Source of the DNA: an uncultured Candidatus Binatia bacterium
GTDB taxonomy: Bacteria; Desulfobacterota; Binatia; UBA9968; JAJDTQ01
Reading direction: 5' to 3'
Assembly (NCBI GenBank): GCA_965242525.1
Contig: OZ251459.1
Span: forward strand, 1,568,001 to 1,632,000
DNA length: 64,000 nt
In this document: in pieces, positions 9,872 through 21,300 of the stretch
Numbering within the stretch: position 1 is the stretch's first letter
Layout of the letters: the number at the start of each line of letters is the position of its first letter
Position numbers and translations under genes: made by a program
The notes under the pieces: model-generated
What the model saw: only the letters and a program-made list of their open reading frames with translations
Told to the model about the DNA's origin: nothing
Databases searched by the model: none

Positions 9872-10852
9872 TCAATTGCGTTCCCGGCTCCCTCGACGTT
9901 TCCCGGTCCATTCGAGCGCCAGCCGTTCCGCCTCCGCGACCTCCTCCGAGGTCATTTTCTCCTGCAGCGCCTTGCGCGTCTTGGTCCACTCCGCTTCTCC
10001 CTCGCCCGAGTTCAGGACAGCCAGATGAGCCCACATGTGCGCAAGCACGAGGTCCCGGCCGACGCCGTGGCCCGTGAGGTACCGGATGCCCAGGTGGGCC
10101 TGCGCCCCGGGCAACCCCCGCTCGGCCGCCAGACGGCACCAGCGCACGGCTTCCACCTGGTCCTGCGGAACCCCGTGGCCCCGGGAATACATCACTGCAA
10201 GGTTGTACACCGCGCCCACGTGTCCCTGTCCGTCCGCCGCAGCCAGGCGGTACCAATGCACCGCCTTCTCGTAGTCCCGGGCCACCCCCTGCCCCTTTTC
10301 GTGCATGACGCCCATGTTGTATTGCGCACGGCGCTCCCCCTGTTCCGCGGCCAAGCGGAGCCAACGCAACGCCTCCACGTAGTCCTGGTCCACCCCGTGC
10401 CCCAGGTAATACATGGCGCCGAGTTGCGACTGGGCCAGGGAAAAACCCTGCTCCGCGGCCAAGCGGAACCAGCGCACCGCCTCCAGGTGGTCTTTGGGAA
10501 CCCCCCGTCCCTGCCCATACGCGACCCCGGTATCGTATTGCGCCGGCGGGAACCCCTGTTCGGCGGCAGCGCGATACCAGCGCACCGCCGCAACGTCGTC
10601 TTCAGACACTCCGTGACCCATGTCATGGATGACGCCAAGGACGTGCTGCGCTTCGGCGTTGCCCTGTTCCGCCGCGGCTCGGCACCCGACGACCCTCTCG
10701 GCCCAATCCCTGTCCTTGTCGAGACACGTCTCGACGGAGGCCCGCTGCGTCGGCGTCTCGGCCAGGGCGCGCGCGAACCCAACCCCCAACGCAACCCAGA
10801 CCAGGCTCGACGCGAGAAGCACGGAAACCGTTGCTCGAATCTGTTCAGTCAT
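9872..10852 (-). CDS. Sel1-like repeat (SLR) protein with N-terminal signal/TM segment
   Basis: Repeated AAEQG.A.AQ..LG.MY..G.GV.QD..EA.RW.RLAA units. Start ATG 10852 follows GGAGG. Confidence 0.93.
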   Translation of the reverse strand: MTEQIRATVSVLLASSLVWVALGVGFARALAETPTQRASVETCLDKDRDWAERVVGCRAAAEQGNAEAQHVLGVIHDMGHGVSEDDVAAVRWYRAAAEQGFPPAQYDTGVAYGQGRGVPKDHLEAVRWFRLAAEQGFSLAQSQLGAMYYLGHGVDQDYVEALRWLRLAAEQGERRAQYNMGVMHEKGQGVARDYEKAVHWYRLAAADGQGHVGAVYNLAVMYSRGHGVPQDQVEAVRWCRLAAERGLPGAQAHLGIRYLTGHGVGRDLVLAHMWAHLAVLNSGEGEAEWTKTRKALQEKMTSEEVAEAERLALEWTGKRRGSRERN

Positions 10853-10931
10853 GGCGTTTCCTCCCGTTTTTCCTTCCTGCCCGCCGGTAACGCGGCGATG
10901 GCTATCGATCCCGGTTGCTTTCCGACCGATC

Positions 10932-11504
10932 CTAGTCGAGGCTCGTGTTATAGAAAAGATCACGGGTGCTGTTCGGCTGCTCCTGGTCGCTGTCGGACGA
11001 CCCGAAGAAGTAGTCGAAGACCGCACGCGCGGCGTTGGCAACCGCCTCTTGACACTCAGGATCCGTGATAAGCGAGTGTACGAGACTGATGCCCCCCGCG
11101 ATGTCGATGGGTGAACCCATCTCCCCCATCCCCCGCGTTCCGGTGACGAAGAAACTCTCGTCCCCGTTGGGGTCATAGAGCTCTCCGGTCGCAGCGGCAA
11201 TGGGATCGAACCCCATCGAGGACATTGCCGCAGACGCCCCACATGCCCCGGTCGGCACGGGCGCGGGTCCGGACGAGGATTCGGACGACGCTTCCGCAAC
11301 CCCTTCGTCCGCGTCCGCTGCGCAACTGCAATCGCACTCGCAACCGCAGCCACAACCGCACCCGCAGCCACAACCGCAGTCACAGCCGCATCCGCAACCA
11401 CACCCGCACCCGTGGGTCTCCAGGTCGAGGTCTTCGTCACGGGCATCGAGCAGCCATGTGGTCGTCACGGCGCCTGCCTGGGCGGAACCTTCCATCGTTT
11501 GCAT
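10932..11504 (-). CDS. Hypothetical acidic protein with a 15-Cys (X-Cys)n tract
   Basis: AAGGAG RBS 8 nt before ATG 11504. The HGCGCGCGCGCDCGCGCGCGCGCGCECDCSC tract uses varied synonymous codons. Confidence 0.7.
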   Translation of the reverse strand: MQTMEGSAQAGAVTTTWLLDARDEDLDLETHGCGCGCGCGCDCGCGCGCGCGCGCECDCSCAADADEGVAEASSESSSGPAPVPTGACGASAAMSSMGFDPIAAATGELYDPNGDESFFVTGTRGMGEMGSPIDIAGGISLVHSLITDPECQEAVANAARAVFDYFFGSSDSDQEQPNSTRDLFYNTSLD

Positions 11505-11611
11505 GCCATGTTCTCCTTCCGTGTTGTGTTTATCGCCCACACAGAAGCAGATCGACCCGTCGGCATGGAACTTTAGGAAACCCCGGACAATTCCGGCTCG
11601 AACTCCGTCTC

Positions 11612-11746
11612 CCTATGGAAAGCGCATCCTTCGACTTCGCTTCGCTACGCTCAGGATGAACGGAGGACTTCGCTGTACTCGGGACGAACGGGGAACTTCA
11701 CTGCGCCATGCTTCCTTCGACTTCGCTATGCTCAGGAGGAACGGGG
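11612..11746 (+). repeat. Cluster of family A REP-like repeats (3 degenerate copies)
   Basis: CTTCGACTTCGCTTCGCTACGCTCAGGATGAACGG and two variants. Confidence 0.75.
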
Positions 11747-11879
11747 TGGCTGTCCGGGGTTTCCTTTGTCCGAAGCGGGGAAGTCCTGGCAATGGCGGAT
11801 GAGATTCTCTATGCTTGGCGCACGTCCGAGAGGACGTCGTTCCGATCCATGGCAACGTAGTCGATCCCCGGAGGACAAC

Positions 11880-12272
11880 ATGAGAAAACCGCTTCAACCC
11901 CAGACCATTCCCGACCCCCGGCCGCGTTACTCCCAAGGCATACTCGCCGAAGGGAAACGCCTGCTCTTCATCGCCGGCCAGACCGCGGTGGACGCCGACG
12001 GCAACGTGGTGGGCAAGGGCGACGCCGGGGCCCAGGCCGAGCAGGTCCTGAAGAACATGAAGTCGGTCCTGGACGAGGCGGGCGCCTCCTTCGCCGACGT
12101 GGTCAAGATCACCACCTACGTCACCGACCCGCGGCATCGGGACGCCTTGGGCCCGGCGCGGCTCAAGTACTTCGGCGCCGACCCGCCCGCGAGCACCCTG
12201 GTGGTGGTCAGCGGCCTAGCCAACCCCCACTACCTGGTGGAGATCGAGGCCATCGCCGTGCTGCAGGACTGA
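11880..12272 (+). CDS. RidA/YjgF/UK114 family protein
   Basis: YSQG, LFIAGQTA, QAEQVLKN, DVVKITTYV, PPASTLV, LVEIEAIA. GGAGG RBS before ATG 11880. Confidence 0.92.
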   Translation: MRKPLQPQTIPDPRPRYSQGILAEGKRLLFIAGQTAVDADGNVVGKGDAGAQAEQVLKNMKSVLDEAGASFADVVKITTYVTDPRHRDALGPARLKYFGADPPASTLVVVSGLANPHYLVEIEAIAVLQD

Positions 12273-12429
12273 CGGACCCGGGGAAGTCCCGTAGAAATTC
12301 CGGGCCATTCCGGCCGCCCGGCCATCCGCGTGGACCGCGCCCCCGCCCTCGGACGCATGCGGCTACTGCTCCTTGGCGCTGCCCCTTGTGGCGCTCTACG
12401 CGCGCCCCCGCGCTCGGACGCGGGCGGCG

Positions 12430-13599
12430 TTACGGCTTGATGACGAGGGACGGCTCTCCTTCGACCGCTTCCCCCTCCTCGTCCTTGTAAACGCCCAGGC
12501 TCCGAACCACCAGGGCTTCCAGCAACGGCGCGCCCAGGCTTCCCAGGTCGCCGCGGCGGATGGCCAGGGCCAGCGCGAGGACCGCCCTCGCCTGCTCTTC
12601 CCGGCCCGCGGCATGCATGTGGAGCGCGGCGTCCTCCAGGCGCTGCTCGAACACGAGGGCCAGGTCCGGGTCGAGGAAGATACCCTCCACCGCCTCCCGG
12701 ACGATGCCGCGGAACCGTTCTCGTCGTTGCGCCGGGTTGAGCACGATGCGGCTCCGTTCGGTATCCTCGACCCGCGCAACCCAGGGGTCCATCAGGTCCT
12801 TGTCCACGAACCAGGTGCGGAGTTCCGGATCCTCCAGGAGCTTCTCCGAAACCTCGGAAGGCGTCGGGAAACCGATGGCGTCCGCGTCCATCCGGTCGAA
12901 GACCGGGTGCGCCGGGAGCGAGGCTCTGACGGGGCTCAGGCGGCTCCGCAGCATGGGGTAGTTCGCCACCCCCTCTCCCGACATGTCTCCGGTCCTGTGG
13001 TATGCGTCGTGCATCAACCAGTCCGCGTACTCCCACGGCACGGGAGTGACGGAGGCTTGATTCCGGGCCTTCACGCTCTCCATCATGCGCCGGAAACCCT
13101 TGCGGAGGACCACGACGTCCTCCAGGTATTGGAGACCCAGACGGTCGTTCAAGGCCGCGTCCAGCACCAGCAGGCCGCCGCCGGGTTCCGGGCGCGCCAG
13201 GACTACCAACCGGTCGCCGGCGTTGACGACGGACGAAAGGTAGCCTTCGATCTCCGGCGCCAAGCTGAAGTTCGGCCCGGTCCCGCGGGCTTCGGACTCC
13301 CGCGGCTCCGCGGACACGACCCCTCCCTGGGCCAGCCGGAACAGGGAGCGGCGGATCTCGCGCCGGACCTCCTTGCTGCCCGCCCGCTCTTCCAGGCCCC
13401 CCAGGGCGGCCGCCGAGGCGGCGTCCCGGATGCGGCCCAGGACGTGGACCACCGCCAGGGAGACCTCGGGGTCGGACCCGAACCGCTGGAGCAGCGGATC
13501 CACCAGGGCCGCATCCGGCGATTCCGTCTCCAGACCGTCCTTCCGCAACGTGTCCAGACCGCTCCGGAGGCTCTTCTGCCGCTTGTCCTGCTTGGCCAT
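12430..13599 (-). CDS. Conserved hypothetical protein (N-terminal HEAT-like helices)
   Basis: 389-aa ORF with coding-like composition, starting MAKQDKRQK; no family recognised. Confidence 0.7.
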   Translation of the reverse strand: MAKQDKRQKSLRSGLDTLRKDGLETESPDAALVDPLLQRFGSDPEVSLAVVHVLGRIRDAASAAALGGLEERAGSKEVRREIRRSLFRLAQGGVVSAEPRESEARGTGPNFSLAPEIEGYLSSVVNAGDRLVVLARPEPGGGLLVLDAALNDRLGLQYLEDVVVLRKGFRRMMESVKARNQASVTPVPWEYADWLMHDAYHRTGDMSGEGVANYPMLRSRLSPVRASLPAHPVFDRMDADAIGFPTPSEVSEKLLEDPELRTWFVDKDLMDPWVARVEDTERSRIVLNPAQRRERFRGIVREAVEGIFLDPDLALVFEQRLEDAALHMHAAGREEQARAVLALALAIRRGDLGSLGAPLLEALVVRSLGVYKDEEGEAVEGEPSLVIKP

Positions 13600-13635
13600 G
13601 GTGTCTCTCTTGCCATACGACCGCGGGTTTTCCAA

Positions 13636-13678
13636 TACGTCCTTCGACTCCGCTTCGCTACGCTCAGGACGAACGGGA
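13636..13678 (+). repeat. Family A REP-like repeat
   Basis: CGTCCTTCGACTCCGCTTCGCTACGCTCAGGACGAACGG. Confidence 0.8.
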
Positions 13679-13988
13679 AGAGGATGGCCAGGTGAGGGAA
13701 ATACCCCCATCCACCGGGCGGCGACCACGTGGCGTCACTCCCGAGGGCGGCAGGAAGGCCGCGTGAGGGAATACCCCCCATCCACGACTCGATCGAACGG
13801 CGCGAAGGCCGGACGGTTGACTTGTCCGGCCCTGCCGGTTAATCAAGTGGAGCGACGAACGGGAAGCGCCCTCCCCTTCCAGCATCCCGGGCTGAAACCA
13901 GTTGACGAACCTGCCGGTCCTTCGCATGCGCGGCCGATACGGAGGGCGCGGCTCGCGATCTCGGGGAACGTTACTTCAGGAGGAACAA

Positions 13989-14777
13989 ATGGCGGACGGC
14001 ACCATCGACCAGACGACCGCGGACGGCATCTCCCTCATCGAGTTGAACCACCCGCCGGTCAACTCCTACACCCACGAAATGCTGCGGGAGCTCGACGACG
14101 CGCTGCTGAAGGCGCGCTTCGACGACGGCGCCCACGTGGTCGTGGTCACCGGCAAGGGGGAGAAGTTCTTCTCGGCCGGGGCGGACATCAACATGCTCGG
14201 GACCCAGACCCTCTCCTACAAGTCCAACTTCGCGCTCCACGGCCACGAGGTGCTGATGCGCATGGAGAACACACCCAAACTGGTCATCGCCGCGGTCAAC
14301 GGCCACGCCATCGGCGGCGGGCTCGAGATCGCCATGGCCGCGGACATCCGCATCGCCAGGAAGGACGGCGGCCGGGTGGGCCTGGCCGAGGTGAACATCG
14401 GCGTGATGCCGGGCATGGGCGGCACCCAGCGCCTGCCCCGCCTCGTGGGCCGGGCCAAGGCCCTGGAGCTCTGCGCCACCGGCAAGCAGGTGGCCTTCGA
14501 GGAGGCCCTGGACATGGGGCTGTTCCACTACGTCTATGAACGGGAGAGCTTCATGCAGGACGTCATGGACTACGCCAGGCAGTTCGTGCCGCCCAACAAG
14601 GCCAGCCTGGCCGTGGGCAAGATCAAGCGCGCGGTCCAGTCGGGGGTCGAGACCTCCCTGCCCGAGGGCCTCGCCTTCGAGCGCGAGGTGTTGTCCCAGA
14701 CCTTCGCCAGCGACGACGGCAACGAAGGAGTGAAGGCGTACCTGGAGAAACGGACTGCCAGGTTCAAGGGCCAGTAG
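13989..14777 (+). CDS. Enoyl-CoA hydratase/isomerase (crotonase) family protein
   Basis: FFSAGADI, IAAVNGHAIGGGLEIAMAADIR, EVNIGVMPGMGGTQRLPR. AGGAGG RBS. Confidence 0.93.
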   Translation: MADGTIDQTTADGISLIELNHPPVNSYTHEMLRELDDALLKARFDDGAHVVVVTGKGEKFFSAGADINMLGTQTLSYKSNFALHGHEVLMRMENTPKLVIAAVNGHAIGGGLEIAMAADIRIARKDGGRVGLAEVNIGVMPGMGGTQRLPRLVGRAKALELCATGKQVAFEEALDMGLFHYVYERESFMQDVMDYARQFVPPNKASLAVGKIKRAVQSGVETSLPEGLAFEREVLSQTFASDDGNEGVKAYLEKRTARFKGQ

Positions 14778-14872
14778 CCGGGAAGACTTCGGGCCGCGGC
14801 GCCGAACCGGCGCCCGGCGCGGCGGCGACCCATCCAGGCAACCCATCGAATGACACAACCCGGAGGTAACGA

Positions 14873-16330
14873 ATGGCCAAGCTCGTGATCGGCGGTGAGC
14901 TCGTGGACGGCGCGAAGCGGGAGACCTATGAAGTGCGGAACCCGGCGAACGGACAGGTGGTGGACCACGCCGTCAAAGGGTCCGAAGAGGACGTCCGACA
15001 GGCGGTGGACGCCGCGGCCGCGGCCTTCGGGGAATGGTCCGACACCACCCCCGAGGACCGGGGCAAGGTGCTGGAGAGCGCCTGCGGCCTCATCAAGCAG
15101 CGCAGCAAGGACATCGCCCAACTCCTGACCCAGGAACAGGGGAAGACCCTGTTCGAGGCCGGCCTGGAGATCCACCACCTGATCCACGGCCTGGAGTTCT
15201 ACGCCGGCCTGGCCTCGAAGGTGCGGGGCTCGCACGTGCCGTTGCCGCAGAAGAACGCCTACGGCATGGTGGTGCGCCAGCCCATCGGCGTGTGCGGCGC
15301 CATCGTGCCGTGGAACTTCCCGCTGACGCTCATGGGGACCAAGCTGGGTCCCGCCCTGGCCGCGGGCAACACCATCATCGTCAAGCCCGCCTCCACCACC
15401 CCGCTGGCCACCGCCCTGTGCCTGGAACTGATCCAGCAGGCCACCTACGCCGACGGCAAGAAGACCCTGCCCAAGGGGGCGGTGAACTTCGTGAGCGGCC
15501 CGGGGGGCAGCGTGGGCGAGGAGTTGTTGAGCAACCCGCGCATCCGGCGCATCGCGTTCACCGGCTCCACGCCCGTGGGCCGCCACGTCATGGAGGTGGC
15601 CGGGAGGGAGATCAAGCGCGTGACCCTGGAGTTGGGGGGCAGCGACCCCATGATCGTCATGGAGGACGCCAACGTGGACGCGGCCGTGAAGATGGCGGAC
15701 ATCGGGCGCTACTTCAACTGCGGGCAGATGTGCCTGGGGGTGAAGCGCCTGTTCGTGCACGAGTCCATCGCCGAGGAGTTCGTGGGCAAGCTGGCGGCCG
15801 GTCTCGCCAAGAAGGCGGTGGGCGACGGCATGAAGAAGGAAAGCCGCATGGGGCCGCTCCACGTGGACTACCAGCGCACGGAGGTGGAGGAGCAGGTGGA
15901 GGACGCCAAGGCCCGGGGGGGCAAGGCGGTGGCGGGCGGGGCCCGGCCCGAAGGCGCAGAGTTCCAGGACGGCTTCTTCTACCTGCCGACGCTGCTCACG
16001 GACGTGCCCGACGACGCCCGCATCGCCCGGGAGGAATGTTTCGGCCCGGCCCTGCCGGTGTTCACCTTCAAGGACCTGGACGAGGCCATCCAACGGGCCA
16101 ACAGCTCCGAGTTCGGCCTGGGTTCGTCCATCTGGACCGGCAACATGGCCTATGCCAACAAGGCCATCGACAAGCTGGAGGCGGGCAACGTGTGGGTGAA
16201 CTCGCTGCACTACGGCTACGACGAACTGCCCTTCGGCGGCGTCAAGTCCAGCGGCGTGGGGCGGGAGCACGGACCCGAGGCGCTGGACTACTACCTGGAG
16301 CCCAAGGGCGTGGTGGTGGTCAACGTCTAG
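14873..16330 (+). CDS. NAD(P)-dependent aldehyde dehydrogenase
   Basis: [21 protein letters not shown], catalytic [22 protein letters not shown]. Confidence 0.95.
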   Translation: MAKLVIGGELVDGAKRETYEVRNPANGQVVDHAVKGSEEDVRQAVDAAAAAFGEWSDTTPEDRGKVLESACGLIKQRSKDIAQLLTQEQGKTLFEAGLEIHHLIHGLEFYAGLASKVRGSHVPLPQKNAYGMVVRQPIGVCGAIVPWNFPLTLMGTKLGPALAAGNTIIVKPASTTPLATALCLELIQQATYADGKKTLPKGAVNFVSGPGGSVGEELLSNPRIRRIAFTGSTPVGRHVMEVAGREIKRVTLELGGSDPMIVMEDANVDAAVKMADIGRYFNCGQMCLGVKRLFVHESIAEEFVGKLAAGLAKKAVGDGMKKESRMGPLHVDYQRTEVEEQVEDAKARGGKAVAGGARPEGAEFQDGFFYLPTLLTDVPDDARIAREECFGPALPVFTFKDLDEAIQRANSSEFGLGSSIWTGNMAYANKAIDKLEAGNVWVNSLHYGYDELPFGGVKSSGVGREHGPEALDYYLEPKGVVVVNV

Positions 16331-16353
16331 CCACGCGCCTCCGGAGCCGCGGA

Positions 16354-16386
16354 CGGGCGCCGCCGCAGGCCGGTGGCGCCCGTTTT
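16354..16386 (+). terminator. Putative intrinsic terminator after the aldehyde dehydrogenase gene
   Basis: Stem CGGGCGCCGCCG / CGGTGGCGCCCG followed by TTTT. Confidence 0.55.
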
Positions 16387-16452
16387 CGCGTTGACCCGCG
16401 GTACCCGGAAACCCGGCGCGCCGCAGGCTCCGTCCACAGGACCCGCGTCCCC

Positions 16453-18237
16453 ATGCAGGCGCCAGCCACCCCCCCCTATTCCAGGCCCGCGGGCAAGGAC
16501 GTGCGTCCCCTGAAGCGCCTGGTCCGGTACCTCGGCCCCTACCCGCTGCTGCTGACCCTCGCGGTCCTGTCCCTCCTTGCCGCGGCCGGGGCCACGCTCG
16601 TGCTCCCGGTGGCCGCCCGGCAGATACTGGAGACCGGCTTCGCGGAAGAAAACCGCGCTCTCATGGGCCAACGCTTCCGGTTGCTGCTGGGGGTCATCGC
16701 GGTCCTGGCCGCGGCGTCGGCCAGCCGTTTCTATTTCGTCGCCAAGGTCGGCGAACGGGTGGCCGCGGACATCCGCAAGCAGGTCCACGGGCACCTGCTG
16801 GGCATGGACCCCACGTTCTTCGAAATCACCCCCACCGGCGAGATCCTCTCACGCCTCACCACCGACACCACGCTGATCCAGACGGTGATCGGCTCCGGCG
16901 CTTCCATGGCCTTGCGGAACCTGCTGATCCTCGTGGGCGGGTCCTCCATGCTCCTGGTGACCAGTCCGCGGCTCATGGGCGCGGTCATGGTGCTGATCCC
17001 GCTGGTGCTGCTGCCCATACTCGTGCTGGGCCGGTGGGTGCGCCGCCTGTCCCGGGTGAGCCAGGACCGGGTGGCGGACACCAGCGACGTGGCCGGCGAG
17101 AACCTCGACGCGGTGGCCACGGTCCAGGCGTTCACCCAGGAACGCAGCGAGCAGGAGCGCTTCGGCGCCGCGGTGGAGGCGGCCTACGCCGCGGCCCTGG
17201 CGCGGGTACGCACCCGGGCGCTGCTCGTCTTCCTGGTCATCGCACTCATGTTCGGCGGCGTCGTGGGGGTGCTCTGGATGGGCGCGGAAGCGGTCCTGGG
17301 CGGCCGCATGTCCCCGGGGGTCCTGATCCAGTTCGTCTTCTATGCGGTCTTCGTGGCCGGCGCGGCAGCCGCCCTGAGCCAGGTGTGGGGCGAGGTGCAG
17401 CGGGCCGCGGGGGCCACCGAGCGGTTGATGGAGTTGCTCGACACCCCCCCCGCCATCACCGCGCCCCCGGAGCCCCGGCCCCTGCCCGCGCCCGCCCGGG
17501 GCAAGGTGGAGATCGAGACCGTGGGGTTCCGATACCCTTCCCGCCCCCGCGAACACGCGCTGCAAGGGTTCTCCCTCGCCGTCGAACCCGGCGAGACCGT
17601 GGCCCTCGTGGGCCCTTCCGGGGCCGGCAAGAGCACCGTGTTCAAGCTGCTGCTGCGGCTCTACGACCCCGGCAGCGGACGCATACGGCTGGACGGAGTG
17701 GACCTTCGGGACGCAGACCCCCGGGCCGTGCGCAGCCGCATCGGGCTGGTGCCCCAGGAGACCGTGGTGTTCTCCGCCAACGCCAGGGAGAACATCCGCT
17801 ACGGGCGGCCTGAAGCCACCGACGCCGAAGTGGCCGCGGCCGCCCGGGCCGCGTTTGCGGACGACTTCATCCAGGACCTGCCCGAGCGCTACGACACCTT
17901 CCTGGGCGCGCGGGGCCTGCGCCTCTCCCTGGGCCAGCGCCAACGCATCGCCATCGCCCGGGCCATACTCAAGGACCCGGCGGTGATGCTGCTGGACGAG
18001 GCCACCAGCTCGCTGGACGCGGAAAGCGAACACCTGGTCCACCAGGCCCTGGAGCGCCTGATGGCCAACCGCACCACCCTCATCATCGCCCACCGCCTCG
18101 CCACCGTGCTCCGGGCCCACCGCATCGTGGTCATGGACCGGGGCCGCATCGTGGCCGCGGGCGCCCACGACGAACTCGTGCAGCGGGGCGGACTCTACGC
18201 CCGCCTGGCTTCGTTGCAGTTCGCGCCGGAGGGGTGA
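16453..18237 (+). CDS. ABC exporter, fused permease/ATPase (MsbA-like family)
   Basis: TM domain with [13 protein letters not shown]; Walker [18 protein letters not shown] signature, [15 protein letters not shown]. Confidence 0.92.
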   Translation: MQAPATPPYSRPAGKDVRPLKRLVRYLGPYPLLLTLAVLSLLAAAGATLVLPVAARQILETGFAEENRALMGQRFRLLLGVIAVLAAASASRFYFVAKVGERVAADIRKQVHGHLLGMDPTFFEITPTGEILSRLTTDTTLIQTVIGSGASMALRNLLILVGGSSMLLVTSPRLMGAVMVLIPLVLLPILVLGRWVRRLSRVSQDRVADTSDVAGENLDAVATVQAFTQERSEQERFGAAVEAAYAAALARVRTRALLVFLVIALMFGGVVGVLWMGAEAVLGGRMSPGVLIQFVFYAVFVAGAAAALSQVWGEVQRAAGATERLMELLDTPPAITAPPEPRPLPAPARGKVEIETVGFRYPSRPREHALQGFSLAVEPGETVALVGPSGAGKSTVFKLLLRLYDPGSGRIRLDGVDLRDADPRAVRSRIGLVPQETVVFSANARENIRYGRPEATDAEVAAAARAAFADDFIQDLPERYDTFLGARGLRLSLGQRQRIAIARAILKDPAVMLLDEATSSLDAESEHLVHQALERLMANRTTLIIAHRLATVLRAHRIVVMDRGRIVAAGAHDELVQRGGLYARLASLQFAPEG

Positions 18238-18339
18238 GCAAGCCCGCATGATCCTCGACTGACGGGATGATGGGAGGAGACGTCTTGCCTGCGACTTGTA
18301 TCTTGCAGGCCACTGATATACGGATAGGCAACGACGCCG

Positions 18340-21300
18340 ATGGCCAGCCACAAGAGTATCCTCGACAACCAGACTGCTACGCTTGCGGATCATCTGCACC
18401 GGAACCTGCGCGCCGCTCGCCAGTTCGATTTCGTATCGGCCTACTTCAGCATCTACGGCTACGGACTGCTGGAGGACGCGCTGCAGAACGTGGAGCAGGT
18501 GCGCTTCTTGTTCGGCGACCCCGCCTCGGTGGACGACATGGACCCGGGCGCACGGGAGTCCAAGTCCTTCGACCTCAGCGAGAGCGGCCTGAAGCCCAAC
18601 CACTCGCTGCAACAGAAATACTTGGCGAAGCGTTGCGCCGAATGGTTCTCGCGCAAGAGTTTGGCCGTGCGCTCCATCAGCCGCTCCAACTTCCTGCACG
18701 GCAAGCTGTACCTGGCTGGCGCCGCGGGAGTGGTGGGCAGCTCCAACTTCACGCGCCGCGGGCTGGGCGGCAGCGACCAGGCCAACCTGGAGATCAACCT
18801 CGCCGTCACCGACCAGGACACGCTGACCGAACTGCGGGAGTGGTTCGAAGGGCTGTGGAACGACGAGCAGCGCACGGAAGACGTCAAAGAGCGGGTGTTG
18901 GAGGCGCTTGCGCGCATCGGACGCGACTACGCGCCGGAGAAAGTCTATTTCAAGACGCTGTACGAGTTGTTCCGCAAGGACATCGAAGCGCGCATGGCGG
19001 GCGAAGACTCGATCGAGGCCACGGGGTTCACGTCCAGCCGCATCTGGAACGCGCTCTACGAGTTCCAGAAGGACGGAACCAGGAGCGTCATCGCCAAGCT
19101 GCTCCAGCATAATGGCTGCATCCTCGCCGACAGCGTGGGCCTGGGCAAGACCTACACAGCGCTCGCGGTCATCAAGTACTTCGAGTTGCGAACCGAGCGG
19201 GTGCTGGTGCTGTGCCCGAGGAAGCTGCACGAGAACTGGGCGCTCTACCCCGCCAGCAACAACCACAGGCAAAACCCCTTCCTGGAGGACCGCTTCGGCT
19301 ACACGCTGCTGGCGCACACGGACTTGTCCCGGGACTCCGGCATGTCAGGCGGCGTCAACCTGGAGAGCGTCAACTGGCGCAACTACAACTTGGTGGTCAT
19401 CGACGAGTCGCACAACTTCCGCAACGACCATGGACAGCGCTACAAGCGTCTGCTGGAGGATCTCGTCCGCGGCGGCGAGGAGACGAAAGTGTTGATGCTC
19501 TCGGCGACACCGGTCAACACCTCGCTGGTCGATCTCCGCAACCAGATCTACCTGATGACAGAGGGGCGGGAGGACGCCTTCCGCGAAAGCCTTGGCGTGG
19601 AAAACATCCGCAGTCTGATGGGGGAGGCGCAGAAGCAGTTCAAGGAGTGGGAGACGGCGCAGAGCGGGCAGGCGAAACGGGACAAGGGGCAGCTTCTCGA
19701 AAGCCTGGGCGCGGACTTCCAACGGCTGCTAGGGGGCGTTTCCATATCGCGTTCCCGCCGCCAGGTAGAGCAGTTCTACGCTGCCGAGATGGATCGGGTG
19801 GGACGATTCCCCGAGCACGCACGGCCTGACAACCATCATCCGCCGACCGACGTGGAGGGCAAGCTGTCGTACAAGGAGCTTGCCGACCGCATCGAGGGGT
19901 TCACGCTCTCCATCTATCAGCCGTCCTCCTACCTGACCGACCGGCAGAGGTTGGATGAACTGGAGAAGGAACGCAAGGAGTACAACTTCGATCAGCGGGA
20001 CAGGGAACGCTTCCTCGTCCACATGATGCGGACGAACTTCCTCAAGCGGCTCGAGAGTTCGGCGCATGCGTTGACGCTGACCCTGGGGCGTAGTGTCGGC
20101 AAGATCGACGCCATGTTGGAGAGGATCGACCGTTACGAAAACGGCAGACTCGCCGCGGACGACCTGGACGCCGCCAACGTGACGCCCGATGATGACGAGG
20201 AGGACGAGGATTTCTTCGTCAACCGGCGCGCGCACTCCTATCACTTGTCGGAGCTGGACCTGAAGCGCTGGCGGAAGGATCTGCAACAGGACAGGGAGAC
20301 GCTGGGCGCGGCATGGAGGCAGGTGCAGGCCATCACGCCGGAGCGGGACGGCAAGCTGCAGGAAATCGAGCGGGCGGTGCGAGCCAGGGTGGAGAAGCCG
20401 ACGCTGGACCGTGACGGCAATCCCAACCGCAAGTTGCTGGTGTTCACCACGTTCAAGGACACGGCGAAATACCTGTACGAACAGCTTTCCGGGTTGACGG
20501 ACGAACTCGGGGTCCACATGGCGATGGTGTCCGGCGACGAGACCCATGCAGGCGCAGGGCCCAACGATTTCAACTCCATCCTCACGAATTTCGCGCCCGT
20601 CGCACGCAATCGCGGCGCCGCGGACGCGGACATCGACCTGCTCATCGCCACGGACTGCATCTCGGAGGGGCAGAACCTCCAGGACTGCGATACGGTGCTG
20701 AACTACGACATCCACTGGAACCCGGTGCGGCTGATACAGCGCTTCGGGCGCATCGACCGCATCGGCAGCCGAAGCTCCAGCGTGCGGATGATGAACTACT
20801 GGCCCACCGAGAAGATGGAAGAGTACCTGCGCCTGAAGACTCGGGTGCAGGCGCGGATGGCGCTGGCGGACGTGGCGGCCAGCGGCGACGACGACCCCTT
20901 CTCGGAGGACGACGCCCAATTGGAGTTGAACTTCCGGGACCAGCAACTACGGCGGCTGCTGGAGGAAATCCCCAGCCTGGAAGACCTGGACGACAGCCCG
21001 TCCATGAGCGATTTCACGTTGGACTACTTCATCACACAGCTACTGCGCTATCTGGAGAGCAACAAGGAGGAACTGGAAGCGATGCCCTTGGGCGTGTACG
21101 CGGTGGCTGAGGGCGCGCCCTCCGGCGTGGTCTTCTTCCTGCGGCAGCGCAACGCCGGCGCTGCGGACGCGCGGCGGCGGGTGGCCAGTCCGGTGCATCC
21201 CTTCTACCTGGTCCATGTACAGGACGACGGGTTCATCCGCTATGGCTGCGCGAACGCGCGGCAGACGTTGGGTGTGTTCGAGGCCGCCACTCAGGGCAAG

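Noticed and set aside
9872-11446. 524-aa Sel1 protein as given in the ORF track
   Set aside because: The upstream extension is another frame of the Cys-rich gene; the RBS and signal peptide support a start at 10852.
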